Below are positions 13,201-24,800 of a stretch of 64,000 nucleotides of DNA, in pieces. The notes under the pieces were generated by a model, which had not been told where the DNA came from, did not search any database, and saw only the letters and a program-made list of their open reading frames with translations. The DNA comes from Priapulus caudatus (Eukaryota): the NCBI RefSeq assembly GCF_000485595.1, contig NW_014577076.1, forward strand, positions 350,420 to 414,419. The letters run 5' to 3'. Both the position numbers and the translations under genes were made by a program. Each line of letters starts with the position of its first letter. Position 1 is the stretch's first letter.

Positions 13201-16200
13201 TACATTAATCAATTGACAGTACGCTGTATTTTGAAACATAAAATATATTCATAAACAATAATAAGAAATTATACTGAAAGTTATTATACATGTTTTAATG
13301 TGGTTTTTATATGTTGTTAACATTCTACTATATATGTTATATTAAATTTATTTATATTTTATAATGTGTAACAATTCAATTACATATTTAGCAAATGAAT
13401 AAGTTTTCAATAACCTGAAACAATGGTAATTGGAAAAACTTACAGATATTTTTATAGAGACTGCACACACAACTCAGATAGTATAGTCAGCGTATCATAT
13501 CTTTATTAAATTCTTATATCAAACATCTGATTACCTTATTACTGACATAAAACAACAAAGAAGGCTCAATTTAATTATTAGCATGTTCTGCAGTTCGCCT
13601 ATACGTTATGCATATGGAGGAGTATTGTATTAATAATTATTAGCCATAAAACACAGGTCCTGCGTCGCCTCGCTTGCTTGGCAGCTAGAATCTCATGTGA
13701 CAAAACCTAAAAGGAGTAAAATGTATGCTCTTCAACTCTCTGGATGGCTTCAGTAATGTGTGTGTATCATCTAAAAAGCTTACTGTTGTGTTTAGGCCTG
13801 CTACAAGTAATTAAAAATACGGCAGAGTTAGAGATAGAAATATGGAGTAATGTACAGAGGGGGCGAGGGGGAAAGGTGGGAGAGGGCAGAGAGTGAAGAA
13901 AACAGGCAGAAAGAAAAGGAGGAACAGCGACAGAGAGAGAGAGAGAGAGACAGAGAGAGCGAGAGAGAGAGAGAGAGAGAGAGATATCTGAACATGTACC
14001 TGCGCTCGTTTGTTATGTGGTTCAGCAGATAGCACCTGCTCCAGGTCATTCTCTGCCATATCAAACCTCCGCAAAGCTTTGTACGACAGGCCTCTCCTCA
14101 TCAGTGCTGAAAAAACAGCCAACATTTTTTTGTATAATGTTTTTGACATGTGCATATTGCCATAACTCAACAACTTTTAGTAAGAATCGATAGACTTCAT
14201 TATCTATGTCTTATAATACCCAGCAACACTAATATTATACACAATGTATATATCATATGCACAGACTATACATATATATATACAATAACTAGGAATTACC
14301 TTTAATGTTTCCAGCTTCCATTTGTAGTACAGTGTTACAATCTTCAATGGAAGTCTCGTAATTTTCTAGCTTGATATCTGTGTAAAAATGTGTGATAACA
14401 GGTATGATATTAAAATAATATTACTAATTTCACAGATTAGCATGACAACCAAAATTCATTAACAAAGTCACAGCTGACCCATGTTCAAATACTACCATAA
14501 TATCTAGTCAACATGTACTTACGTGCTAAGGCACGATTGTTGTAGGAAGCCGCCAGCGGTGAGTACGATATACTACGCGAGTAATAAAGTAGCGCCTCCT
14601 GGTAGTCACCAGAAGCAAAAGCCTCGTTGCCCTTGTCCTTGTCTTTGCTGGCTTGCTCAGATCTCTCTTGGACAGTTAAACCTATGAGAGCACCCACACA
14701 TTCGTTTACACCATGCAGGTTCAGAGGCTCATTTTTCAAAGATCTATCATCCACATAGTTAGTGTCCAAAGCACTGGATTAGTGGACAAAGATCGACTGA
14801 TCAGGAATCTGCACATATATCACCGATTCACAATGAAAATATTTAAATGCATAAATATAAGGGTGAAGTCCTATATTTGTGGGCTGCTGCATACATGTAC
14901 TTCTAAAAATAAATAGGAATACAAATTTAAACTGCAATGCACTTTTTACATAGTATTTTAAAAAATTATAGAGAAAGAAAATATTATTATATATATACAT
15001 ATATATTATTTCCATCTCCACGGAATGCTAACCTTCTGTAGTACATGCACTGGTGTCTAGGTTAATGGACCGACTTTTCTGCTGGTCTTGCTGCATTCTC
15101 TTGGTCCATCATTTCTGGCGCAACAGGATTATTGCAATCAATTACGTATTTCCAAATTACATTAGGCATTGTTGTTGACAAAGTGTAGCGACTTTCTAAA
15201 CCAAAAAAAGCATGCGGGCATGATAAGCATGCGCGTCTGTATATTAAGTGAATGGTACTCGAAGAGAAGCTAAACCAACTCACGTTTCCTCTTCATGACA
15301 AGTGTCCTTGATATAGAAACAGAGTTTAGATGTCAAGATTCTTACGCTTACACTACTGTATGTATGGTTCTGCAGAGCTTCTCACGTGGTGGCAGGTTGG
15401 TGGAGAGTCCCAATGTCCACTAACTCCCGCATCTCTCAGTTCTTCTTCCCTTTCGTTTTGATGTTATTCCTGACCCAATTCTAAAGAAGTGAACAAAACA
15501 TTTAGGATAACAAGGCTGGTAAAAGTATGTTTGTTGTCATAGCGATATTATGTCACAGATATGTTTAAGCACACCAATGTCACACACCATGTCATGCATA
15601 CTTACAGAAAGATCACTCTCGAATTTCTTTCCACTCCTTCTGTTAGGCCAAACTTGCAGCGTCTCTCTGCTTGGCTTTCTTATGGCTTTATTATCGTAGT
15701 ATCCAATTGACTTTTAATGCCGGTCTACACAATACTGGGTTAAGTCTGGGTAGAACTCCTTCTTCACGCAGAGTGCTGTGGATAAGAATAAACTGGCCGT
15801 CTGTGTCATGAACTACACAACATAATTGACATGTTTGTGATCTTGAATAGGCCTCTTAACCTTGATCATTTCTCTATGAGTGTATAATCTAGTGCAACGC
15901 CTCGATGGAACACGGCGGGACAGTGCTCATTCTGTTGCTCTCCCCTGTACTGGCTTCGTTTCTGGCAAAAGGTATATGAAAGCCTGTTCAAGCAATGTCG
16001 CTAAACCGCTACGGTCGGATCAATCGAAAACTGGGCTGGTAGCATAGGGTATTAACACTTAGAAACTAACCCTAACGAATGCAGTCCTACTTCCTACCTG
16101 CCTCGCAACTGTCTTGAATATGAGTTCGTGTCATTAATGTATGCACTAGCCTGATAGTGTTCCCGGCGCAGATGGCCGCATGCAAGTGTAATCAGATAAT

Positions 16201-19124
16201 CAAACATGGCAATCAACTTCGTGCATTGGTGATAAGTCAAGGAAAGTAGAGGATGACAGCGCTGAATTCGCATTGAGTTGCTGAAGATCGTACAGGCTAA
16301 ATATCCACAGTAATATTCCAGGCAGGTGACATTTGGCTTCAGCTGTGAGTAAGTAAAATGTAAACGACGATCTGGCATTGTGCAGGTGTGCATAGTTTAT
16401 TAGAAAATGCCGGAGTTCACCGCGACCCCGCCCCCCATGCATCAGTAATGATTGCGCCCCAGGTTTTTGCCCACGCCTAGCAATCAGCGGTGCTTGATCA
16501 ATATAGCCAGATTTCGCTACTTAGAAAATATAGATTTAAGGAGTGTAAACCTTTTCACAAACTTTTGTCTTTCAATTGGAACTGCAAATGTAGCCTCAGC
16601 ATCCACCACAGGGTATGGGCTCTAAATAATCGCAGAAAGCAGTTCAGTCCTTTGGTTACAGTCAACAAATCCATGTTGAACCCTCCCCTTACGAGTCAAG
16701 GTTATCAGACACGTTACTCTTCGCATCGTCAGCGGGAAGAGTACATTTTCATGTCCTTTCCAATAAAGCCATAAAAAGTGAAGGTCACTGCTGGAGAACA
16801 GGAAAAAGTTTTTGCCAATGCGCTCCGTCAGACGCAAGTGTGCCTCAGAGAAATGTCTAAATCTGTGCCCGCGTCGGCCATTGACCTTTGACCTGTGAAC
16901 CCTCCAATTTCGCAGCAGTGCCTGGCTTTTGGCCTACGATGATCTGATACACTGACTGTATCGACGAGCCTAGGTTCGAGCCGTTGATAGAGTTTGTGCT
17001 GCAATTCGTGCATTTCCCTCGCTGATCCGTTATTGAAGGTGGGAAATGTTCCCTTCTTTGTAGCACCTCTTGAACCGCGTTTGGACACCCGAGCTTCGAG
17101 GACATCCAACATCGTTTCGGATTCATACCTCCACCACGTCGCGAATATCGTGACCGTCACATGCGAGCGATTAAGATTTGTGCCAAACTGTTCGACCGCA
17201 CGGTGCACGAGCCACACAGAGCAAGTCGATCTAATGCGATTCTAACGAAGCTGCATCTGACTGATGTCAGATGAGCTAACCAAGTGCCGCGGAGCGACAG
17301 CGCTCATCTAACGTGCTAGCGTGCGGTGACTATGTGGGTGGAGGTGTGGGAAATCTCTCAGGTAAAAACTCCTGTTAGTACCCAAATGGTGTTTCACATA
17401 CACGCCTAAACAGTGGAATGCGACAGGGATGGTATCAGGAAAGCCGTTTCTGCGAAAGGAATGTCTCGTTGGATTCGTTATGAAAGTTGGCGTCAGAGTA
17501 TGGCGGCGGTACGTTTAAGCTGGTCTTCAGATTAAAGATGGAAGCTCGTGCAGGTCGTAGCGTAGTGAGCAACAAACTAGTGTTGCAAGACCAGAATAAG
17601 GTAAAGCCACTCATCCTATTTAACCTACGGCAAGCCTACAGGCTGCAAACTTGCAAATAGAGAGCTGGCTCACCGTAACCAATTTAACGCAGCGCAATAA
17701 CTCACACAGTATCTATCACAACGACATGCACCTGGCAGTTAGGCCCACTGGGCACGCGTGGCATACGTTAACATGTAACCATAATCTGAACCAGTACATG
17801 AATGGCCATAGCAAAGTTATACGATTGTAAGGAAGCATAACCGCTTCTTTAAGCCAAATTTAGGCTTTTGAAATTTCAATCTCACTGTGAGCATTGTAGC
17901 CTCAGTACATGCCGCAGGGCATCGTATAGATTCTACTAGCAAACCCCGGCAGTCAAATTCGTTAGTTGTTTACAGGACAGGTCAACAAATCCATGGTTTG
18001 AACGCCTCCCTTGAGGGTCCAAGAAGGTTGATCATGACACTTACTCTTCGCAATGTCAGCAGATAAGTAGATTTCAATGGTCCTTTTCCACGAATAATGC
18101 CACTATAAAATGCTAGTCATCCGCTGAAACTAAAAAAGTTTTTCAATCCGCTACCGTCCAGACCAGTGTCCTTCATAAAAGTGTCTAAAATGCTGCGCCC
18201 TGTGCCCATTGACCCTTTGACGCTGTGGACCTCCAAGTTCGCAGCAGTCATCGGCTTTTTCCTAGCCATGATGGCTTATACCACCAGACTATCGACGAGC
18301 CTAGGTCGCTGAGACCGTTTAGAAGTTGGTGCCGCACTTCTGGCATTTCTCGCCCTATACCTTAGAGTTTACAGGAGTGCCATGTTCCCCCTTCTTTTAG
18401 CACCCTCTTGACCTTTGACCTTTGACCCCCAGCCTTCGACATCCAACTCGTTTCTTGTACGATCCCACCCAACGGGCCGAAATATCGTGACCGTACGTCG
18501 GAAGCGCTTAAGATTGTGTGGCCCAACTGTTGACACGACGGACGGACGGACGGACGGACGAGTCATCGCGATCTACAGAGCTGGCATCTGGACTATGTTC
18601 AGGATGAGGCTAAATAACTACCATTTATAACACCCCTCAGTTTAATAGTATTCTTTAGTAAGTATAGACTATTCCGAATATAAAGTTTTTACAGAATAGT
18701 GAAAAAGTGAGATAGTAGATTTTACCGAATGGGCCGTGTTTATTAATAAATCACACGTTCGTTAGTTAGTACACGTATTAAATTAGCAAGTAATCAAACT
18801 TTATTTTCAAAGAAGAGAGAGAAGAGGAGACATTTGCAGTCCATATTAGAGTGTTATTCTTTACATGATTGCAATTAACGTTTCTAATCGATAGTATACA
18901 ATGTAAAATATGCTGTTCATGGTGGCTGATGCAACACAAGCAGCAGAATGATCTACCTGAGCACCACGGAGTACTTTTTTCAAGTTCTCAAGGACATCTA
19001 GTGCTCTTCTATGTAGTCCATTACGTCAAGATTGATTCAATGATATCAAGTTTCTCTTCTCAGGGTGGTGTGTCTACGTTGCGAGTGAACCCTTGTAATT
19101 GGTCTCTTCTGTCAGCACCCTCAT
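5119..19124 (-). CDS. SPAG1: Sperm-associated antigen 1 (three TPR clusters plus RPAP3_C domain; R2SP co-chaperone / dynein assembly factor)
   Basis: Clean phase-compatible exons on the minus strand: 14681-14523, 14377-14300, 14106-14000, 13125-12090, 11796-11622, 10686-10606, 10290-10095, 9734-9627, 9164-8961, 8608-8411, 6660-6552, 6177-6103, 5614-5519, 5213-5119 (stop). They give TPRs KDKGNEAF..YNNRALA, KDQGNAFF..YSNRAAC and KVKGNAFV..FTNRALC, and RPAP3_C (TPYEFLSAW..ISNKLDGEML..QRFGMVSMF). The 5' exons (~19124-18957, ~15775-15606, ~15480-15350, ~15140-15033) are garbled by indels but recognisable by comparison with the second copy at 23.1-26.5 kb. Confidence 0.92.
5627..5921 (-). mobile_element. 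Short HINE-like element of the same family, in a SPAG1 intron
   Basis: AACAAGTGCCGCAGGGCGACAGTGCTCAACTGACG ... (GGAC)n ... CTGACTTCGTCAGCTGAGCTAAAA; the subTIRs match at 11/12 positions. Confidence 0.7.
6847..8351. mobile_element. TIR element with 6-bp TSD carrying a CA-rich minisatellite; its 3' part is duplicated across an N gap
   Basis: TAAGCA|CAGGGGTAGAAAT ... AATTCGACCCCTG|TAAGCA, with the end present at both 7657 and 8351. Subterminal GGGCTAG/CTAGCCC repeats. Confidence 0.7.
7235..8205. repeat. (GCAC)/(CA) microsatellite and ~26-bp minisatellite CACACACGCGCTCACGCACACACGTCG; one block (7785-7968) is inverted
   Basis: Read directly. Source of the His/Thr/Arg and Cys/Val-rich pseudo-ORFs. 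Confidence 0.9.
10828..11393. mobile_element. HINE/pearl-like element with ~150 bp internal tandem repeats (about 3.5 units, truncated)
   Basis: Starts AACTAGAAAGGGCAGTTG..CAACTACATGTATCCCCCG. The unit TTCTCCCCAAGATGTGTAAGTATACCAAGTTTGG..AGGTCAAGGTCA recurs at 10871, 11023 and 11169. Confidence 0.6.
15890..18612 (-). mobile_element. Two head-to-tail HINE-like elements (~15890-17280 and 17281-18612) in the first SPAG1 coding intron
   Basis: Junction GTCAGATGAGCTAAC|CAAGTGCCGCGGAGCGACAGCGCTCATCT at 17265-17310. The second unit is an insertion-noisy copy of 3821-4958. Confidence 0.6.
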
Positions 19125-19310
19125 ATATCTGTATCAAGATTCGAAGATGCTTAACGGATGGACTTAAAGCCTTGAATCTGTAAACTTGCCATTGGTCGTG
19201 CCGAGCTTGCCAACTGATAAATATATATCTGAAATATAAATTCTCAATTGTCAATTACAGGCAGATGTACTTCACACGTCACATGTCAAGGCACACCTGT
19301 CACCCACGAT

Positions 19311-19945
19311 CTAGCTCTAGTACTATACGCCCGGCCCACGTACAGTTGCGCAAAAGGGCTATAGAAACATTTTATGCCAGGTTTCGTAAGTGCACCTGTA
19401 CCAATGCTTCCACGAAAAATGGCTCACAAAACGCCAAATATCGCGCGGCTTTTTAACCACTTATTTATCTACATGGACATCTACCTATCTTTTTGAAACA
19501 CTTTTCCGCCAAACGTTACACCAGGTATTTATGCATTTATTCTGCAAAGTCACTAGCACTACTTGCGTTCGTTTCAAATGTTGTTGTGTACACGCGTGAC
19601 GTCACCGCAAATGTAGACAAACACACATGGGCAGCTATGATGCAGCCTATTGACATTTCGGGTGACGTCACGCGTGTACACAACAGCATTTGAAAACGGA
19701 AAGCCAAGTAGTGCTAGCACTTTGAGGAATAAATGCATAAAATACATGGTGTAAAGTTGTGGAAAGTTGTTCAAAAAGATAGGTGAGATGTCCATGTAGA
19801 TACAATAGTGTTAAAAAGCGCCGATCATTTTGCGTTTTGTGAGCCATTTTTCGTGAAGCATTGGGTACAGGTGCACTTACGAAACCTGGCATAAAATGTT
19901 CTATAGCCCTGCGGCAACTGTACGCAGGCTATAGTACTAGAGCTA
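19311..19945. mobile_element. Foldback (Mutator-like) MITE, TAGCTCTAGTACTATAGCCC family
   Basis: About 300 bp inverted arms TAGCTCTAGTACTATAG...CTATAGTACTAGAGCTA. Flanks are CACCACGATC (seen cleanly at 26681) and CACCATGATC. Related ends at 20970, 26691, 31311, 32796 and 63146. Confidence 0.7.
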
Positions 19946-20140
19946 CACCATGATCATGACGTACCATCAATCATATGATAGAGTAGCCTACTACGGCTGC
20001 ACTGAATTAAACACACTAAAATCATTTTAATCTCATATAGGCCTAGTAGTTATTTTAAAAAGGTAACCCGACATAAAAGAGAGTTACCCTGTAGTAGTAG
20101 TAATAGTAAGTAATAGTATGACTATCACTATGTAACTAGG

Positions 20141-20820
20141 GCTGATAGGGTCTATTTCCCCCAGGGTACTGCCGGAACGTACCCTGGGTACGTACCCTGG
20201 TAACTATCTGATATGCCGGACCGTATCTCGCTTACTCCTTACTCAGTGACTGTCCTTGTTCTGCCAACTACTTATGTCGCAAAATTTGAAATATACATAC
20301 AGACCTGTATGATATCTTTATGAAGTTGGATTGGAGTATGAAACTGTGAAACCAAGATTCAAAAAGAAATTTCAACCTATATATAGGCCCTACACTGATG
20401 CGCAAAATCTGTTTGCAAATATCGCGATGATCGGGAATGCGTTTTCCTTTCGCAATGTTTACGACATTTTCGAGCGAGATTTTTGAAAGATGGCTCCAAG
20501 TGTTGTGGTGGAACAGAAAAATGTGTATGATTATCTTAATCATGGGTTGGAAACGTATAGACTCGCTGACACTTGTAGAAAGGGTCGGGAAGTGAAACGT
20601 AACAGGGTAAGGGTTACGAATATTTTGCAGAAACGGACCGGAAACAAGGAACGGGAGCATTTAAAGCGGCACGTTTCCTGCCGACAAGCGGTACGGTATG
20701 TATTACGACATCGGCTAAAAGTCAGGGTATGGTTTGGAGTAGGCAAGGTACGGTCTGGCATATTAGATAGCTACCAGGGTACGTTCCGGCAGTACCCTGG
20801 GGGACATAGACCCTATCAGC
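20141..20820. mobile_element. Mutator-like non-autonomous element with 9-bp TSD
   Basis: GTAACTAGG|GCTGATAGGGTCTA ... TAGACCCTATCAGC|GTAACTAGG, with ~90 bp TIRs. Confidence 0.8.
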
Positions 20821-21802
20821 GTAACTAGGCCCCTACTCTGTCGTGTTGAGTAACATTCTAACTTGGACCTGGTGCAAATCCGCCGGTTTTACTTCAATAC
20901 TATTACTATTACTATTACCATTTTACTATTTACTATTAGTATTAGTATTACTATTAGTACTAGTAGGCCTAGCTCTAGTACTATAGCCCGCGGATAGCTG
21001 CCGCATGGCTATGGCACATTCTGCCATAGATGTAAAGATACCAAATGCTCCAACTGGTCTAACCAAAAATTTATTCCCAAAACGCAAAATGCTCGGGCTT
21101 TTTAACACTTATCTATCAACATGGACATCTCACCTATCTTTTTGAACACTTTCCACAACTTTACACCATGTATTTATGCATTTATTCCTCAAAGTCTTGG
21201 CACTACTTGCAATTTCGTTTGAAATGCTCTAGCGTGTGCACGTGTGACGTCACCGGATATGTAGACAAAACACATGGCAGCTATTGTGCAGCCTATTACA
21301 GCGTGAGAAACTAGCGGTCGCCCAGTCGCCAGTGGCGATTAGAAAATCTACCGGGCGACTGCTTGCTTGTGTCAGCTGGTCCGGCGGGGCGACTAGATAA
21401 TCGCCGCACAGCAGCGAAAAAAATACAGACTTGTAAACGGGAGCGTCTGTAAATCCCTATCAGTGCTACTCTGGCTTTTGGCTAATGAACTGCGTCAAGA
21501 TTCTGATGACATTTTTGCTCAAATCATCCTGCCATGGCATGGAGCTGAGTGACAAGGCTTGTCTTGGAGGAGGGAAGCAGATCTATTGCAATTCACCAAG
21601 AATGTAATGTGCAACGGTTACTAATGTATTAAATCCCAGTTTATCTGGCTTAAAAAACTAGGGTGAGCGAATTTTCCACAAGATTTTCTAGGATTTCTCT
21701 TAGTAAATTAATTACGTTCTACTCAAGTGTGAGGGTGATAATTCCAACAAGGAATCGTCCCACCCCTAGTATTAACCTAATAAGCAATGATTCTTCTACC
21801 AG

Positions 21803-24800
21803 TGCATTGGCCCGTGTGACCTGTCCGCACCATCCTGATGCACATCTTATTGAAGATTACAGAGCTGGTGACATGGTCTGTGCAGAATGTGGGCTTGTAG
21901 TGGGAGATAGGTAAGTATTGCACAAGACAGACTAGATTGATATTTGCTGACAGTGGTGACTAGCTTTTTCGCTACTGCGTAGTTGTGCTATGCATCCTAT
22001 CTAATCTTGATGCGATCCATGCGAGACCTATTATAGCAGAAGTAAGATAATATAGGATATATCCTATATTATCTTACTCCTGATTATAGTAATAACGAAA
22101 CATGATGTGAATAAATTCAAATGAACATAGTTATCTCCTCCGTCCTCCAGCCAGCGGCAAAGGTTGTGTGAATAAAGGTGATAATTCTGATGTCGATTGC
22201 TGTCCATGTATGGAGGAGGTGGGAGTTTAAATAACGATTTTGTTCTCACCCCTCAGGAAATTACATTACCTAGTGCATGACCCGAGGCATATTGAGAAGA
22301 CCTGGACATAGCTGACAATATTCTGGTTGGCTCATGGTGATGCTGATGCTTTTGGTGACGGTGATGATGATCATTTGTGTGGTTTTTCATTTTACCTGTC
22401 TATCTGGTCTCTAGAGTGATCGACGTTGGGTCGGAATGGAGGACATTCAGCAACGACAAAGCTAACAGTGATCCGTCACGTGTTGGAGCTGCTGAGGTAA
22501 TCACAGACACAGGGTTTGAAATTAACTTGCTGATCTACTATCGCACTCCCATCTTTGACATATATGTATGTTTTTTAGGAATCTTTGTGATATTCAATAT
22601 TCATATAGTAACTATATATATATGCACCTAAGTTAATTCCTTATCAGTTGCATAAACATTGCAACTGCTAAAAGCGTGTGAAGGAAAACGTTCATTGTTC
22701 ACGACCATGCAACTAATACTTTTTGTCATTAGTTTCATAATGACACTGGTCACTACTCCATTAGGGTTTTGATTTGGGTCCCAGTGCATGGTTACTATGG
22801 CGGGTTGGATATACATGCCCATTATTTATTTTGCTCAACAAAGTAGGCTGACTACTTGATAGTATGAAATTTGGTTGTTTCCAGAACCCACTGCTGAGTG
22901 GCAGTGATCTTTCAACAGTTATTGGGCGTCCTACAGGTAGTTCAGGGTTTGATGACAGTGGACAACCAAGATACCAGACCAATAGACGAACTGTATGTAT
23001 TCCAAGCAAATAGACAGATATATGTTGAGTTTGGTTCAATCCATTGCTAATTATTCTTTGCTCCTAAAAACCCACTATTCACCTCATGCCGTGTAAATTG
23101 TATTTTATAATTATATATATTATTTCCATCTCCACGGAATGCTAACCTTCTGTAGTACATGCACTGGTGTCTAGGTTAATGGACCGACTTTTCTGCTGGT
23201 CTTGCTGCATTCCTTCCACATTTCTGCCAACACAAATATTGCAATCAATACGTATTTCCAAGTTGAATTAGCATTTTTTGAAAATGTACGATTTTAACAA
23301 AAAAAGCATGCGCATACATGCGCGTCTGTATATTAAGTGAATGGTACTCAAGAGAAGCTAACCAACTCACTTTTCCTCTTCATGACAATTCTTATATGAG
23401 AAAAAGATTTATTCAAAGATGTCTTACCTTACACTACTGTATGTATGGTCTGCAGCAGCTCTCACTGGTGGCAGGTTGTGAGAGCCAATTCCACTAACTC
23501 CCGCATCTCTCAAGTTCTTCTCCTTCGTTTTGATGTTATCTGACCAATTCTAAATGAACAAAACATTTAGGATACAAAAGCGCAAATGTGTTCATACATA
23601 TTATGTTCACAAATGTTTAAGCACACAATGTCACACACATGTATCATACTTACAGAAAGATCACTCTCAATTTCTTTCCACTCTTCTGTAGGCAAACTTG
23701 CAGCGGTCTCTACTGGCTTGGACTTTCTTATGGCTTTATTATCTATATCCATACTTTTAATCCGGTCTACACAATACTGGGTTAAGTCTGGGTAGACTCC
23801 TTCTTCACCAGATCTGTATAAAATAAACTGGACCTGTGTCAGAACTACACAAATAATGACATGTTTGTATCGAATAGGTTAACCTTTGATCATTCTATGA
23901 GGTAAACTAGTGCCGCAACAGCGACAGTGCTCATCTGTTGCTCTACTGTACTGGCTTTCGTTTCTGCAAAAGGTTGAAAGCCTGTTCTATCGCTAAACCG
24001 GCTACGTCATCATCAAAACTGTGTAGCATAGGTATTAACACTAAAACTAAACCCTAACAATGCATCCTACTTCATACCTGCTCGACTGTCTTATATATTC
24101 GTGTCATAATGTATCACTAGGCCTATAGTTGCCGCGAGATGGCGCATGCAAGTGTAATCAATAATCAAACATGGCATCAACCTTCGTGCATTGGTGATAA
24201 GTCAAGAAAGTAGAGATAACCTAATTCCATTGAGTTGCTGAAATCTACAGGCTAAAATCCAAGTATATTCAGGCAGGTGACAATTTGGCTCAGCTGTGAG
24301 TAATAAATTAAACACATCTGCATTGCAGGTGTGCATGTTTATTAGAAAAGTGCCAGTTCACCCCCATGCATCAGTAATGGATTGCCCCAGGTTTTTGCCA
24401 CGCTAGCAATCAGGGTGCTATCAATATACAGATTGCTTTAGAAAATAATATGATTTAAGGAGTGTAAACCTTGTTCAACAAACTTTTGTCTTTGCAATTG
24501 AACTGCAAATGTAGCCTCACATCCACACAGGTATGGGCTCTAATAATAGCAAAAGCAGTTCAGTCCTTTGTTAACAGTCAACAAATCCATGTTGAACCCT
24601 CCCCTTCAAGGTCAAAAGGTTATCAGACACTTACTCTTCGCACGTCAGTGGGAAGCACATTTCATGGTCCTTTCAATAAAGCCATAAAAATGGTAGGTCA
24701 CTGCTGAAACAAAAAAGTTTTTCAATCGCTCCGTCAGACCATGTCCTCAGAAAATGTCTAAAATCTGTGCCCCATTGACCTTTGACCTTTGACCCCCAGC

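Noticed and set aside
20268..20828. ORFs of 112-130 aa as a transposase or as TFIIB exon 1
   Set aside because: They lie inside a 680-bp TIR element, show no DDE or other motif, and have no suitable donor after ATGGCTCCAAG.
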